Source: a virus
Lineage: Duplodnaviria; Caudoviricetes
Strand: one strand, 5' to 3'
DNA length: 49,568 bases
IMG/VR virus record: IMGVR_UViG_3300030330_001337
Location: 1 to 49,568 of that record
Below, piece by piece: positions 16,391 through 27,700 of the stretch (its first letter is position 1; each line of letters begins with the position of its first letter). The notes below the pieces were generated by a model. It did no database searches and had not been told where the DNA came from. It saw only the letters and a list, made by a program, of their open reading frames with translations. The position numbers and the translations under genes are program-made.

Positions 16391-17140
16391 ATGCCAACAA
16401 GTGTAAACGTAGTATATAACACTCTTAAAGATTTAGTCAACAAGGATCAACAAGGATTTGTCACTGTAGATGAATTTAATCGTTTTTCTAATGTAGCTCA
16501 GATTAGAATCTACAATAGACTTTTTGACACGCTAAAGAGTGGTAGTCGTCTCGCTAGAACATCATTTGCTCAAGGCAGAGACAAATCGAAATACAAGCAG
16601 ATAGAAGAAGACTTGGCTGTATTTGCTAAATCTACTAATGTAACCAAAGCTTCTGATGTGTTTGCTAGACCAACAGACTTTTCTAGACTAATCAGTATAT
16701 CGACAGCTGGAGACATGCTTTTGGGTGTAAATACTAGAACTATAGTAGAGCTATGCTACGATGAAGAAAAGATAGAGAGAATACTTTCTAGCACCTTAAA
16801 TGCACCAACAGAGTCATTCCCTGTGGCTTTAATTAGCGGTGATATAGAAGTATTCCCTGAGTCTATACAAGAGGTAAAAATGAGGTATTACAAAATACCT
16901 GAAAGCTTTACTACGGCTGGTGCAAGATCTTCAGATCCACCTACCTTTGGAGTTGTAACAGGTAGCACTACAGACCAATATAGCGCTACAAACAGCAGAG
17001 ACTTTGAGCTTCCAGAGCATTACACTATGGAGTTGGTTGTAGAAATAGCTGAGTTAATAGGTGTCAATCTAAGAGATAAAGATGTTTATGATTACTCAAC
17101 AGCTGAGAGAGTAGAAAGAAACAGTGAACACTCATTCTAA
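16391..17140 (+). CDS. Tail ring/head-tail adaptor protein
   Basis: LVNKDQQGFVTVDEFN..SNVAQ N-terminal helices and YYKIP...FELPEHY..ELV pattern of crAss-like ring proteins. Confidence 0.7.
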   Translation: MPTSVNVVYNTLKDLVNKDQQGFVTVDEFNRFSNVAQIRIYNRLFDTLKSGSRLARTSFAQGRDKSKYKQIEEDLAVFAKSTNVTKASDVFARPTDFSRLISISTAGDMLLGVNTRTIVELCYDEEKIERILSSTLNAPTESFPVALISGDIEVFPESIQEVKMRYYKIPESFTTAGARSSDPPTFGVVTGSTTDQYSATNSRDFELPEHYTMELVVEIAELIGVNLRDKDVYDYSTAERVERNSEHSF

Positions 17141-17955
17141 TGGCAAGAAATTATATACCACTACAACAAATTATAGGTGACTTCTTAATCAGCATGGATG
17201 GAAGTGATTGGGCTTCTCACGTTAGTGATGCTGCTTTACGAAACATAGGGTTACGTGGAATACGAGAGTTAGGCTTTGACACATTAAAAGTAATTAGATC
17301 ATTAAAGGTTACTGTAGATAGCGCTACAAATACAGCAGTTTTACCAGACGATTTTGTAGACTGGAGTAAAGTTGGTGTAGTAGGGAATGATGGACTGGTG
17401 TACGTTCTTGGTGAAAACAAGAACATAAACTATTCTCAGAAGTATTCAGAAGTTTCTGGAAGCACATACGACTCAGACGGTGACGGTTTATTAGATAGAG
17501 AAGATGATAAGTCAGGTAGTTTAGGTGCAGTAGGAGCTGTAGATGATGGGTTTGGAAGTTACATATTTAGAAACTATGTATACGGAAACAATGAAGGACA
17601 GCTTTACGGTTTAGGGGGCGGAAGATACCAAGGTGAATTTAGAATAAACCTAGATCAAAACAGGATAGAACTAAAAACAAATAGATCTCCAGGAGAGATA
17701 GTTGTAGAGTATGTTGCTGATGAGGCAAGGTCTACAAATCCTCAAGTCCATGCTTATGCTCAAGAAGCTTTGATGTCTTACATGTACTACAAGATTATAG
17801 AAAGAAAATCTACTGTACCTGGCAACGAAAAGCTAAGAGCTCGTTCTGAATACTATAATGAGAGAAGAAAGGCAAATGCACGTATGAAGTCATTTACTAA
17901 AGAAGAAGCTCTTAAAACTATTAGAAAGAACTATAAGCAAGCACCTAAAGGATGA
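17140..17955 (+). CDS. Tail tubular/ring protein
   Basis: AVLPDDFVDWSKVG, IVVEYVAD, EALMSYMYYKII motifs; between adaptor and stabiliser. Confidence 0.7.
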   Translation: MARNYIPLQQIIGDFLISMDGSDWASHVSDAALRNIGLRGIRELGFDTLKVIRSLKVTVDSATNTAVLPDDFVDWSKVGVVGNDGLVYVLGENKNINYSQKYSEVSGSTYDSDGDGLLDREDDKSGSLGAVGAVDDGFGSYIFRNYVYGNNEGQLYGLGGGRYQGEFRINLDQNRIELKTNRSPGEIVVEYVADEARSTNPQVHAYAQEALMSYMYYKIIERKSTVPGNEKLRARSEYYNERRKANARMKSFTKEEALKTIRKNYKQAPKG

Positions 17956-20900
17956 TAGAAAAAAATATTCCACAGAAGTTTGTTTCTGACAAAGATGAGC
18001 GCCTGCTAAAGGTAGGCGATATGATAGAAGCTCAGAACATTACTGTCACACAAAGAGGTGAGGGTACTGAGTCTGTTATCAAAACTTTTAAGGGCGTAGA
18101 TTCGGCTACTACAGATGCAGGATCGATTATCGTTAGCTCTGCTTCTACGGTTATTGGAAAAGTTGAAGACCCTCAGAGAGATTTTATTTATTTTTTTATT
18201 GCTGGAAATTCAGGAGATGATAACGATAAAATAGTTCAATATAATCCGTCTACAAATAAATATAAATTAGTACACGGTAGTAGCTTTTTAGCTTTTGATC
18301 ATACGGGGTTTGTAAAAGCAGATGTGTTAAATAAAGACTTTGAAAGAAATGGTGGCTTACAAACGATTATATATTTTACTGACAACGTAAACCCTCCAAG
18401 AAAAATAAACGTAGATAGGGCTATAGCTGGAGACTATGACGGTCTAAGTACATCTGAGTTGGAAATAGCTCTTGGATCTATGAGGGCAGCTCCAACAATT
18501 CCACCAACATTTAGATTTGACACTGATACAACTATATCTAACAATAATTTTAGAAAAGAAATATTTCAGTTTGCTACTCAGATTGTTTATCAAGATGGAG
18601 AAGTTTCAGCTTTATCCCCTTATTCTAAAATAGCGGTTTCTCAAGCAGCTGTATTTGGAGCATTAGAAGAGGGAACGATGGGTGGCTCATCAAACGTTCA
18701 GAATCTTTGTCTTATAACTCACAATATATCTTTAGATCATCCTGATTTAAAAAAAGTAAGAATTCTTGCAAGGAGCGGTAATAACGGAAACTTCTTTATT
18801 GTAGATGAGTTTGATCCAAACTCTAACTTAAGAAGAGATTTATATTCTAACAACGTTGAAGTTTATAACAAGGATACGACTGAATATAAATTCTATAATG
18901 ATATACTTGGAACTCTAGTAAGCAGCGTAGAGGCTAATAAGTTATTTGATGCTGTTCCATTTAAAGCAGAGGGGCAGTCTATTACTGGAAGTAGATTAAT
19001 GTATTCTAACTATCAAGAGGGTAGAGCTAATGTTACATTAAATCCTAGCCATTATTCTATTACACCAAAATATAACTCTTCTGCATCTGGACTTGTTAAT
19101 TTTGCTGAAAATTCTGATGCAACAAATATGTTCGCTACTAGCAGCATGAACATAACTTTTGATTTAGACCCTGCTGCTAATATTTCTGCAGGTACAGTCT
19201 TTCCAGCTGGAACACAAGTAAACATATCTTTTCCCTTTAAGCCTCAATTTACTTTAACAGATACAGGCGGAGATAGCGTTATTAAGTTTGATAGTATAAT
19301 TGATACAACAGAGGACAATGTTCAATTTCTTGCAGACACAGTTGTTTTTCCAGCTCCTACGGATACAACAAAGAAAGTTACTCTTAATGTGATTACTCCT
19401 GAAGAATTTAGTGGGACAACTCAGCTAGCTAATTTTGTTCAGAGTCAATTAGATGATATTGATGAATTCTTTTTGGATTATGTCATTGTAAATCAACAAT
19501 TTGTAAACCCTAATGGAGTTAATCTAGGCGCTGATTTTATTGCTGATATGACAATAAGGGTATTCTGGAAGTTTGGAGAAACATCCACTTCAAGTAACGA
19601 TCAAATTGTGTTTGAACCTAGAATAGAGAGTATGAAGCTTGTAGCAATAGCAGGTGGAACTTCTTTCGGTGGAGGAAATCATATAACAGCCACTCTTGGT
19701 ACTAGTTCATTGAGTAATATTAACAGTTCATTCACAAATCCATTTAATGGAGGCGATCCTTACTTAAATAACGGATTAATTATCGATAACAATATTGGTA
19801 ATCAGCAAAACGAGCACACCTTTGCTTCTATAACAAACACGATAGGTACATCTGATCTAACATCAATAATATCTTCAAACTCTGCTACTTTAAGCTTTAA
19901 GCACACGGAATCACACGTATTTGGTATTGTGTTTTTTGATAAGTTTGGTAGGTCTGGATTCGTGAATGAACTAGGTAGTGTTTATGTAAAAGCACCTCAT
20001 GAAAGAAGCACTCCAGATTTAGGTCCTGTTTCTATGGAGTTCGATCTTAGTAACACTAACTTAAATTCTTCTATACCGACTTGGGCAGATAGTTATCAAA
20101 TAGTTTATGCAGGATCTTCCGCTGTTGATACATTTCAGTACACTGTAGGAGGTGCTTATGCTAGGAGGCTGACATCTGAAACTAGTAGTATACACGACTT
20201 AGACACAAGTACACACAACATATTTGTGTCTTTAAAAACTTTAGACAATTACAAAAGAGATAAAGAAGTTGTTAGAGATTATTCTTTTACTAAAGGAGAC
20301 AAACTTAGAATTTTAACAAGGAGAGCAACTAACAATTCAGGTGATGAATTCCCTTCTTCAAGTCAAGGAGATGTAATAGAATTTGATGTTCTTGGCGTAA
20401 AGACAGTTACAGATGCTGATGATGATTTTCTTCAAAAATTACATGCTTCACCTGGATCTGGAGAATCAAACCCTCTTTCAGGAACGTTTCTAGTTATAAG
20501 CTCTCCTCAAGTAGAATCAACAGCCAACCAAACCACTTCAAGCAACATTAATAAGTATGAAGGTTTTGATTGGTATTCTATAACAAATACAGATTATAAT
20601 GGAAGCGTAAGTTCTCCAAATAAAAATCATTGGAATAAAGCTGTAGCTGTAGAAATCGTCACACCAAGACCATCGACTGCTGAAAAAGTATACTATGAGA
20701 TTGGAGAGAGAAGAAGGTTAGGATCCTATAGGGCTGGAACTGTTAGTAACTTTGGACCTGCTTTTACAGTGAGAAGTGGAGACGTTTATATTAGACCTAC
20801 AACCGTTATAATACCTAAATATGATAGCGCATGGATTGACTTGACAGAAGGAGCAACTGCTGTAGAAGATCCTGAAACTTGGGTGAGTGATTTTAGATAC

Positions 20901-22295
20901 TTAGAGAGTCATAATGCTTCAGATATATTTGAATCTGAATCTTGGGATAAAGGTAGGGTTCATACTGTGTTTAGGGATGCTGCAACTGTAACAAGATATA
21001 ACAGCATTACGTTTAGCGATGCCTATGCAGATGATACTGGTGTTTTAAACCTATCGTCTTTTAATCCAGGTTTAGCTAATTTCTTTGATTTACCTTCTGA
21101 GCATGGTGCTTGTAGATACATAGGAAACAAGAGCGACAGTTTGGCTGCGGTGCAAGAGCAAAGGCTGTCTTTAGTTACTGTCAACAAAGATATTATTGAA
21201 ACAGGATCTCAATCTGGATTGATATCTTTATCTACTAGCGTGCTAGGTAACGCTTCTCAATACGGAGCAGATTATGGGACGCAAAATCCTGAGTCTGTTT
21301 TAATAAGAGATGGTGTTGTTTATTTTGTCGATAAGAGTAGGAGAGCAATAGTACGAGCTACTCAACAGGGTATGGAGATTATATCTAATACTGATATAAA
21401 ATCTTTTATTGAAGACCAATTCTCACTATGGCCTGGAAATAGAATTGTTAGTGGATATGATCCAGAGGATAATGTTTATTACATGACTTTAGAGCCATCG
21501 GGTTCTTATGCAGGTCTTACAGTAGGTTACAATATGGGTAAGTTTTGGCAAGGTCAATATACGTTCTTCCCTTCTTGTTATGCAGCCATAAATGACAGCT
21601 TCATCATATGCGACTATGTAAATAATTTACCAAACTCTAGTGAAGATTTTATTATACACTCGTTTTCATCTCAAAACTCTAACTTATTCCCAGGCAGTTC
21701 TACTAGAGCAGAATCTAAGTTAACAGTTGTTTCTAATTCCAACCCCTCTATGGTGAAGCAGTATAACTCTTTATCGATAGAATCAGATTCTGCATGGACA
21801 ACAACTTTAGAATCTAGCACAGGTCAAACTACAGGCAACCTTGTGTTCTCAGAAAAAGAAGATGCCTTCTATGCAGATATTAGTGGGGACACTAGCTCAA
21901 ATAGTTTAAAGCATTTAATCGGATTGGGTGAGGTATCATCTGTTAGTGGAAGTACTGTAACGTTGTCATCATCCTTAAAAGGAGTAAGTATACCTACAGG
22001 GTATAGTGTTTTTATAAATGATGGTACAAGTAGTGTTGTTGATATTAGCAGAACTGTAGTATCTTTTGATAGGGTGACAAGAGAATTAACTTTGTCTGCA
22101 GACGTTTCATTACTTGTAGATTCATCTAATCTAATATTTATATCAGCTAATCAACAATTAACTGGTGATAACATAAGAGGACACTTCTGTAAGGTTAAAT
22201 GCTCTAAAACTCCAACAGGAACAAGCAGAGAAGAGTTATACGCTGTGAACATGAATTTTGTGCCGTCAAAAGCAAATCATTCATCTTCATCTTAA
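17952..22295 (+). CDS. Tail stabilisation/nozzle protein (P22 gp10-like) with large insertions
   Basis: DKDERLLKVGDMIEAQNI N-terminus, YFTDNVNPPRKINVDR, YGTQNPESV, VYFVDKSRRAIVR, SGYDP beta-propeller motifs. Confidence 0.8.
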   Translation: MIEKNIPQKFVSDKDERLLKVGDMIEAQNITVTQRGEGTESVIKTFKGVDSATTDAGSIIVSSASTVIGKVEDPQRDFIYFFIAGNSGDDNDKIVQYNPSTNKYKLVHGSSFLAFDHTGFVKADVLNKDFERNGGLQTIIYFTDNVNPPRKINVDRAIAGDYDGLSTSELEIALGSMRAAPTIPPTFRFDTDTTISNNNFRKEIFQFATQIVYQDGEVSALSPYSKIAVSQAAVFGALEEGTMGGSSNVQNLCLITHNISLDHPDLKKVRILARSGNNGNFFIVDEFDPNSNLRRDLYSNNVEVYNKDTTEYKFYNDILGTLVSSVEANKLFDAVPFKAEGQSITGSRLMYSNYQEGRANVTLNPSHYSITPKYNSSASGLVNFAENSDATNMFATSSMNITFDLDPAANISAGTVFPAGTQVNISFPFKPQFTLTDTGGDSVIKFDSIIDTTEDNVQFLADTVVFPAPTDTTKKVTLNVITPEEFSGTTQLANFVQSQLDDIDEFFLDYVIVNQQFVNPNGVNLGADFIADMTIRVFWKFGETSTSSNDQIVFEPRIESMKLVAIAGGTSFGGGNHITATLGTSSLSNINSSFTNPFNGGDPYLNNGLIIDNNIGNQQNEHTFASITNTIGTSDLTSIISSNSATLSFKHTESHVFGIVFFDKFGRSGFVNELGSVYVKAPHERSTPDLGPVSMEFDLSNTNLNSSIPTWADSYQIVYAGSSAVDTFQYTVGGAYARRLTSETSSIHDLDTSTHNIFVSLKTLDNYKRDKEVVRDYSFTKGDKLRILTRRATNNSGDEFPSSSQGDVIEFDVLGVKTVTDADDDFLQKLHASPGSGESNPLSGTFLVISSPQVESTANQTTSSNINKYEGFDWYSITNTDYNGSVSSPNKNHWNKAVAVEIVTPRPSTAEKVYYEIGERRRLGSYRAGTVSNFGPAFTVRSGDVYIRPTTVIIPKYDSAWIDLTEGATAVEDPETWVSDFRYLESHNASDIFESESWDKGRVHTVFRDAATVTRYNSITFSDAYADDTGVLNLSSFNPGLANFFDLPSEHGACRYIGNKSDSLAAVQEQRLSLVTVNKDIIETGSQSGLISLSTSVLGNASQYGADYGTQNPESVLIRDGVVYFVDKSRRAIVRATQQGMEIISNTDIKSFIEDQFSLWPGNRIVSGYDPEDNVYYMTLEPSGSYAGLTVGYNMGKFWQGQYTFFPSCYAAINDSFIICDYVNNLPNSSEDFIIHSFSSQNSNLFPGSSTRAESKLTVVSNSNPSMVKQYNSLSIESDSAWTTTLESSTGQTTGNLVFSEKEDAFYADISGDTSSNSLKHLIGLGEVSSVSGSTVTLSSSLKGVSIPTGYSVFINDGTSSVVDISRTVVSFDRVTRELTLSADVSLLVDSSNLIFISANQQLTGDNIRGHFCKVKCSKTPTGTSREELYAVNMNFVPSKANHSSSS

Positions 22296-22311
22296 TAACC
22301 TGTAAAATTAG

Positions 22312-22319
22312 TATATTTG
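22312..22319 (+). promoter_or_regulatory. -7 box TATATTTG for ejection-protein genes
   Basis: Consensus box in intergenic gap. Confidence 0.6.
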
Positions 22320-22343
22320 TACATCATTTAAAAAAGTGAATCA

Positions 22344-23219
22344 ATGGATCCTCTAACAATTTTAGGTCTTATAAAAGCTGGAACTTCACTAATTGGTGGA
22401 TTGACTTCAGGTAGCGCTGCAAGAGATCAGGCTGAAGCAGATAGAGAAAGAGCAAATCAAGCTATAGCTCAAGCTACTGGTATAGTTAGTGCAGCGCAGC
22501 AAGAGCGTGAAAACTTTGGATTAAGCGAAAGCTTTAGAGATCTAAAAGCTATGGTAAATCAAGATCCTATGGCAGATTTAGCCAGAAGGTCAGCACAACA
22601 AACTCAAGCAAACGAGCTAGCTGCTTTACAAGGTGGGGGATCTAGAGCTTTGCTAGGAGGTCTTGGGGCTTCATCTCAGAGGGCTCAAACGGCTTTTGAT
22701 CAAATAGCTGCTGATTCTTTTGAAAGAAGAAAGTCTGCACTTGAAACTATAGGTACAGCTGAAGAAAGAGTTGCAACTCAAAGATTTTTAGATGCTAGAA
22801 AAGAATTAGATTTTGGTAGAGGTTTAGAGGCTCAAGGACTTCAAGCGCTATTCGGGGCCGAGGATGCGGAGAGACAGGCCGATCTTCAAAAGAGACAAGG
22901 CATAATACAAGCCATTGGAGGTGGGCTTAGTGCTCTGGTTTTAGGTGGTGACAAGGCAGCTGGTATTTCTCCTGATTTGCTTCAGCTTGTCATGAAAGAA
23001 GGAGGTAAGCTTAGAGGTGTAACTCCAGGTGAGTTTTCTCACGAAGACAACCCTATAGACATAATGCAGGATGGTGAAAAGATAGGGGAGATGACTGGTG
23101 GAGAAGCTATTGTATCTCCTGAAGATTGGGGTGAGCTAACACAGAGAGCAGGAAGCGGAAACACAGGCTTGCACAAATATCTAAGACAATTAATTGAAAA
23201 AATAGAAAGCAATGGCTAA
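22344..23219 (+). CDS. Internal virion/ejection protein
   Basis: MDPLTILGLI..G..LIGGL N-terminus, A/Q-rich helices, C-terminal GEFSH..NPI...EMTGGEAIV domain. Confidence 0.7.
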   Translation: MDPLTILGLIKAGTSLIGGLTSGSAARDQAEADRERANQAIAQATGIVSAAQQERENFGLSESFRDLKAMVNQDPMADLARRSAQQTQANELAALQGGGSRALLGGLGASSQRAQTAFDQIAADSFERRKSALETIGTAEERVATQRFLDARKELDFGRGLEAQGLQALFGAEDAERQADLQKRQGIIQAIGGGLSALVLGGDKAAGISPDLLQLVMKEGGKLRGVTPGEFSHEDNPIDIMQDGEKIGEMTGGEAIVSPEDWGELTQRAGSGNTGLHKYLRQLIEKIESNG

Positions 23220-24693
23220 TGGTCCTACTGTTAACAGATTCGAAAAAAGAACAAACCCTGTCCTTACAGATTTTTTAAAAAAACAACAAGAGGGTTTTGA
23301 AAGTGCTAATCAAGCTATTATAGGCATTGGTAAAGCTATAGGTACAGTCAAGGGGAGAAAGTCAGCAGCACAACAGCTTGTAGAGGATGCAGACTTTACT
23401 GAAGATACTGGATCAACAAGTATATTTGGTGCTGACGCAGAAGAATTAAGGAAGAATATAAGTGGAGAAGGTGATAATCCATACAACTTTGCTAAAACTT
23501 CAGATCAACTAAGATTTGCTGAGGATATAAAGAAGTTCAATGAAGATATCAGTGAAGCAGAAGGTCTTTATAATACTATAAACGAAAGAGTAGAACTTTT
23601 AGATAATTCTTATCAGTATAACAAAAGCGTAGGGTTTGACGTAAAAAGAGCTCCTACAGAAAAAGTAGCTGGGATGGGTGAGGTTTACGATGCTAGAGCT
23701 ACTCCTGAGAGTTATGAAAGAGCTACAAGTGATTTACGTAAATTAAGAAACACTAAGTTTAGAAAAACAGCAGATGGTAAATACGTTAGTGAAGAAATAG
23801 ATCGATTTACGATGCAGCCACTTTATTCTTTTGACAGTAAAGAAGATTATTATAAAGCAATGACTGAATCTGTAAGCCCTCAGTACGAAGCTGTTCCTGT
23901 TCCTACTGGAATGCAGGTTGTTACTGAACAGAAGTTTGATTCAGAGTATACAGAAAAAGAAGGTGCATTTAGCGCTATGACAACGTGGGTTTCTAACCAC
24001 CAGCAAGATGCAGCTAGAAGATTTAATCAAAAGAATAGAGAAGAAAACAATACTAACAGAGAGGATGTAGCTTTAGACGGAGCAGGTAGAGCAGCGCTTG
24101 CTATTGAACTAGGTATACCTGAAGAATCTATTCCTGAAAACTTTACATTATCTCAGAAAGAATATTTAATGGAGATGACGAATGATTGGATGGATAGGCA
24201 ACAGAAAAAAACTCCAACAAAGAAACCTCTAACTCCAGAAGAAAAAACAGCACAGCTTTTCGACACTACATTCGAAGATTCATTTACAGTTACAAGCGCA
24301 GTTGATGTTTCAGCAAACTTTGACAATCCAGGTATTGCTTTTGGAGATATAGGAAACGTAAAGACTCCAGTTTCAGCTAGCTACGAAGTACCGTTACCGA
24401 CAGGTCAAACAGCATTTAATATAAGCACAGCAGGTTTTTCTAATGAAGCTCCTGTAGATACTAATGGCAAAAGAGTAGCAGCATTAGGGCTTCAAGGATT
24501 TAAAATGGTGCGAGGGGAAGGTTTTGTAATGCTAACTACTCAAGGAGATATTCCTATTGGTCCAGACCAGTTTGATGGACCAATGCTAACAAGCGTGAAA
24601 CAACAGTTTGATCAAAGATATGGAGAGGGAAGTTTTGAGAGAATGTTTGATGAAATAAGCGAAAGAGCATATGACGACTCTTTAATAAATTAA
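23212..24693 (+). CDS. Putative internal virion/ejection protein
   Basis: 493-aa acidic helical protein between the small and giant ejection genes. Confidence 0.6.
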   Translation: MANGPTVNRFEKRTNPVLTDFLKKQQEGFESANQAIIGIGKAIGTVKGRKSAAQQLVEDADFTEDTGSTSIFGADAEELRKNISGEGDNPYNFAKTSDQLRFAEDIKKFNEDISEAEGLYNTINERVELLDNSYQYNKSVGFDVKRAPTEKVAGMGEVYDARATPESYERATSDLRKLRNTKFRKTADGKYVSEEIDRFTMQPLYSFDSKEDYYKAMTESVSPQYEAVPVPTGMQVVTEQKFDSEYTEKEGAFSAMTTWVSNHQQDAARRFNQKNREENNTNREDVALDGAGRAALAIELGIPEESIPENFTLSQKEYLMEMTNDWMDRQQKKTPTKKPLTPEEKTAQLFDTTFEDSFTVTSAVDVSANFDNPGIAFGDIGNVKTPVSASYEVPLPTGQTAFNISTAGFSNEAPVDTNGKRVAALGLQGFKMVRGEGFVMLTTQGDIPIGPDQFDGPMLTSVKQQFDQRYGEGSFERMFDEISERAYDDSLIN

Positions 24694-24701
24694 TATATTT
24701 G
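24694..24701 (+). promoter_or_regulatory. -7 box TATATTTG before giant gene
   Basis: Consensus box 4 nt before ATG 24706. Confidence 0.65.
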
Positions 24702-24705
24702 CAAC

Positions 24706-27700
24706 ATGAATGATAAGGCGATAGAATATATATTGCAGCAATATGAGCTAGGTAAAGATTCAGATAAAATATATGCTGATCTTGTTTTTAACCCTATGTT
24801 TAAATTAGAGAAAAATGTTGCTAAAAAATTAATTGAAGAGACTTTAAAAAAAAAAGATCCTGGTATAGAAGCTACATTCCAAGAGCGGAATCCTTTTGTA
24901 ATAACTCCTTCAGTAGATATTCAATCTCCATCGGAAACATTCGATTCTCAATTACCAGAAGAAAAGCCTGAAGAAGGGGAAACTGACATCCCTATAATTT
25001 CTGACTTAGCTGACTTTACAGAAGGTATACCTGTTTTAGGTGGTCTTTTTGATTTTGCAGAGGACTTTTCGAGAGCTTTTAGTAGTGGGGTTACACAAGG
25101 AACTGCAGGCGTTGACGCATTAGAAGCTGCTTTTGGAAAAGCAGAAGATGACGATCTTCAAGAGATTGTAGATGCAATGATCGCTCAAGATCAAATTGGA
25201 CTGTCAGATGAGGCTATTGCTTTGCAAAAACAGATAGATGAACTGTATGCAAATGGAGGGAGTAGCTTTGATGCTTTTTTATTAAGAGGTTCAAGTTTTG
25301 ATAATTTTAGCGCAAGTCTTGAAATCCTAGGGAACAGCTTAGGATTAATGCTTGGTGCAACTGTAGATGACTATGGTAAAAATACACTTGGGGCATTAGG
25401 TGTTGGTGCTACAACCAGTGCTGCAATAGCAGCTCCTGTGGGCGCTGTAGCGGCATTAAATCCTGCAGGTGCAGTTACAGGGTCAACAGCTTTTGGAGGA
25501 ACATTTCTTGCTACTTTACCAAAAACAACTATGGGCGCTTTCTCTGGTATTATAGATGCAGAGGCTACAATAATGGAGATAGCTAGAGAAGAGCTTATGT
25601 CTGCAAACAAAGAAATCAATGTAGAAAACTTAAGAGCTGTATTTGAAGATCCTGAGATAAGATCTAGAATGCAAAGTAAAGCTGCTGCTAGAGGTATTAC
25701 AATAGGTCTTATTGATGGTTTAACGATGGCAGGTACTGGTAAGGCTGTTTCAGGATTAGCAAAAGCAGGGGTATCTACTTCAAAAAGATTTGCAGTTGCT
25801 ACAACAGGAGAAATGCTAGGTGGATCAGTAGGTGAAGCTACCGCTCAGCTTGTTACAGAAGGTGAGTTGAATTGGGATGAAGTTTTAATGGAAGGTGTTG
25901 CTGAAGGTCCTATGAGTTTGGTTACTTATGCTGCTACTAAACAATCACAGTATAGATTAAACGGACAGCTTGTTAGCTTAGAAGAGTTTAACAACTATCT
26001 AAATAGCGGAGAAAGACTGCAGAGCTTTGAGGTTACTGGTGATGCAGAAGTAAAAGATAGGGCTAATAAAATAAAGAAAGCTCAAAAAACAAGTGTAGAT
26101 GAGGTAGAACAGATGCTTCAAGAAGAAGCTGCAAAAAGAGGTATAAAACTTTTTGGTCCATCTTTAACGAGAGCTGTTGGTCATGCATTTAAAAAAGTAC
26201 AAGACGCAAAGAATTCTAATAACAAGACAGACATAAACAAAGCAATTTCTTCTGCAGTAGATTTTGTTCAGCAGAGAAACAAAAAAGATATTTATGATCT
26301 TAATGCTTCAGAAGAAAGTTCAGGTTCTAGAGGTAGAACTATGGGTAGTTCAAAGTATGATAGTCAAGGTTCTGCTGCTGACAAACTTTTAAAAAGAGCT
26401 GCTCAAATTAGAGAAGAAGCTAAGCAAAAAAATCCTTCTGAAAGAAAATCTTTACTACAAGTAGCTGAGTCTTTAGAGGTTCAAGCTGAAGAAATTATAT
26501 CAGAAAGATCTGAAGTATATAGAATACTTTCTGTAATTAACCCTCAGCTAGCAGATAAAATACAACAATTAGATCTTCAAGCTAGAAACATAGAAGACAG
26601 GTTAAAAAAAGCTGATATCTCTCCAGAGCTTAGAGAAAGCTTAGAGCAAACATTAAAAGATGTTGTAGGAGAAAGAGTTGAGCTAGAGGCTTCAATTGAT
26701 ATATCTTCTGAGGTAGATGCAAATGAAGTTACAGCAGATTATTCTCAAGAAATACAGACAAGAAATGATAATATAGAATCAGAGATAAGTGATCTTCAAG
26801 GCACTATAGAAACCCTTCAAGAAGAGCTGTCTACTGAAAACGCAGATCCTGATGCATTGGATGCGGCTAATGCTAGAATGGAAGACTTGCTAGAAGAAAG
26901 AGCTGAACTTCAAGACGCTTTATCTGAATATAATGCAGCAAAAGAAAATTTATCTAATCTATCTGAAGATCTTGGTAGAGAAGGTTCTGTTGATTCTATA
27001 AATGCTATTGATAAAGCAAATGAAAGATTAGCAGAAGCTAAGCAAGCAATAGCTGATATACTTGGTATAGATACGACAACAATAGAAGAAGTACAGGCTG
27101 ATTTGAATGAAACCGCAGAAGCTGTTGAAGGGACTACGGAAGCAGAAACTACGGAAACAGAAACTACTTCAGAAAAAATAAATGAAGCAGATCAGTCTAA
27201 TATAGATACCTCAGATATTGAAGAAGAAAATACTAAAACTGAAGTCATAGGTAAAGTGCCTGATGAGTTTGGAGGAGGTGATATTAAAAGAACTTCTACT
27301 ACGACAGTTCCTGAAGCAGCACAAAAAACCCCTAGATCTAAGAATAACAATCCAGCGTGGAGAGAGGGAATGGCTGATGGGCAAATAACAGCTTCCCAAG
27401 CTAGAGCTCTAAACAACTTGCAAAAGCTTCTAGATAAGTTAGGTATAGAAATATACATATACTCAACTCCTGAAGCTGCTGCTAAATACAAAGACGGAGA
27501 TTGGGGTGGTCTTTATAGTGGTGGAGCAGTTCATATAAATCTAAGCCAGATAAATGAATCTCAAAAGCTAGAGTCAGAAAGTGGATTTAGAAGAACAAAG
27601 AGCTTTGAAGAAACTCTGCAAGAAGAAGTAATGCATGGAATTATAGGTCCTATATTTTCTGGTGCATTTAAAAACAATCCTAAGGCTACCGTTAAGTATA

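Noticed and set aside
23271-23300. Slippery TTTTTTAAAAAAA in the 493-aa gene
   Set aside because: The -1 frame stops within about six codons; no sign of dual coding
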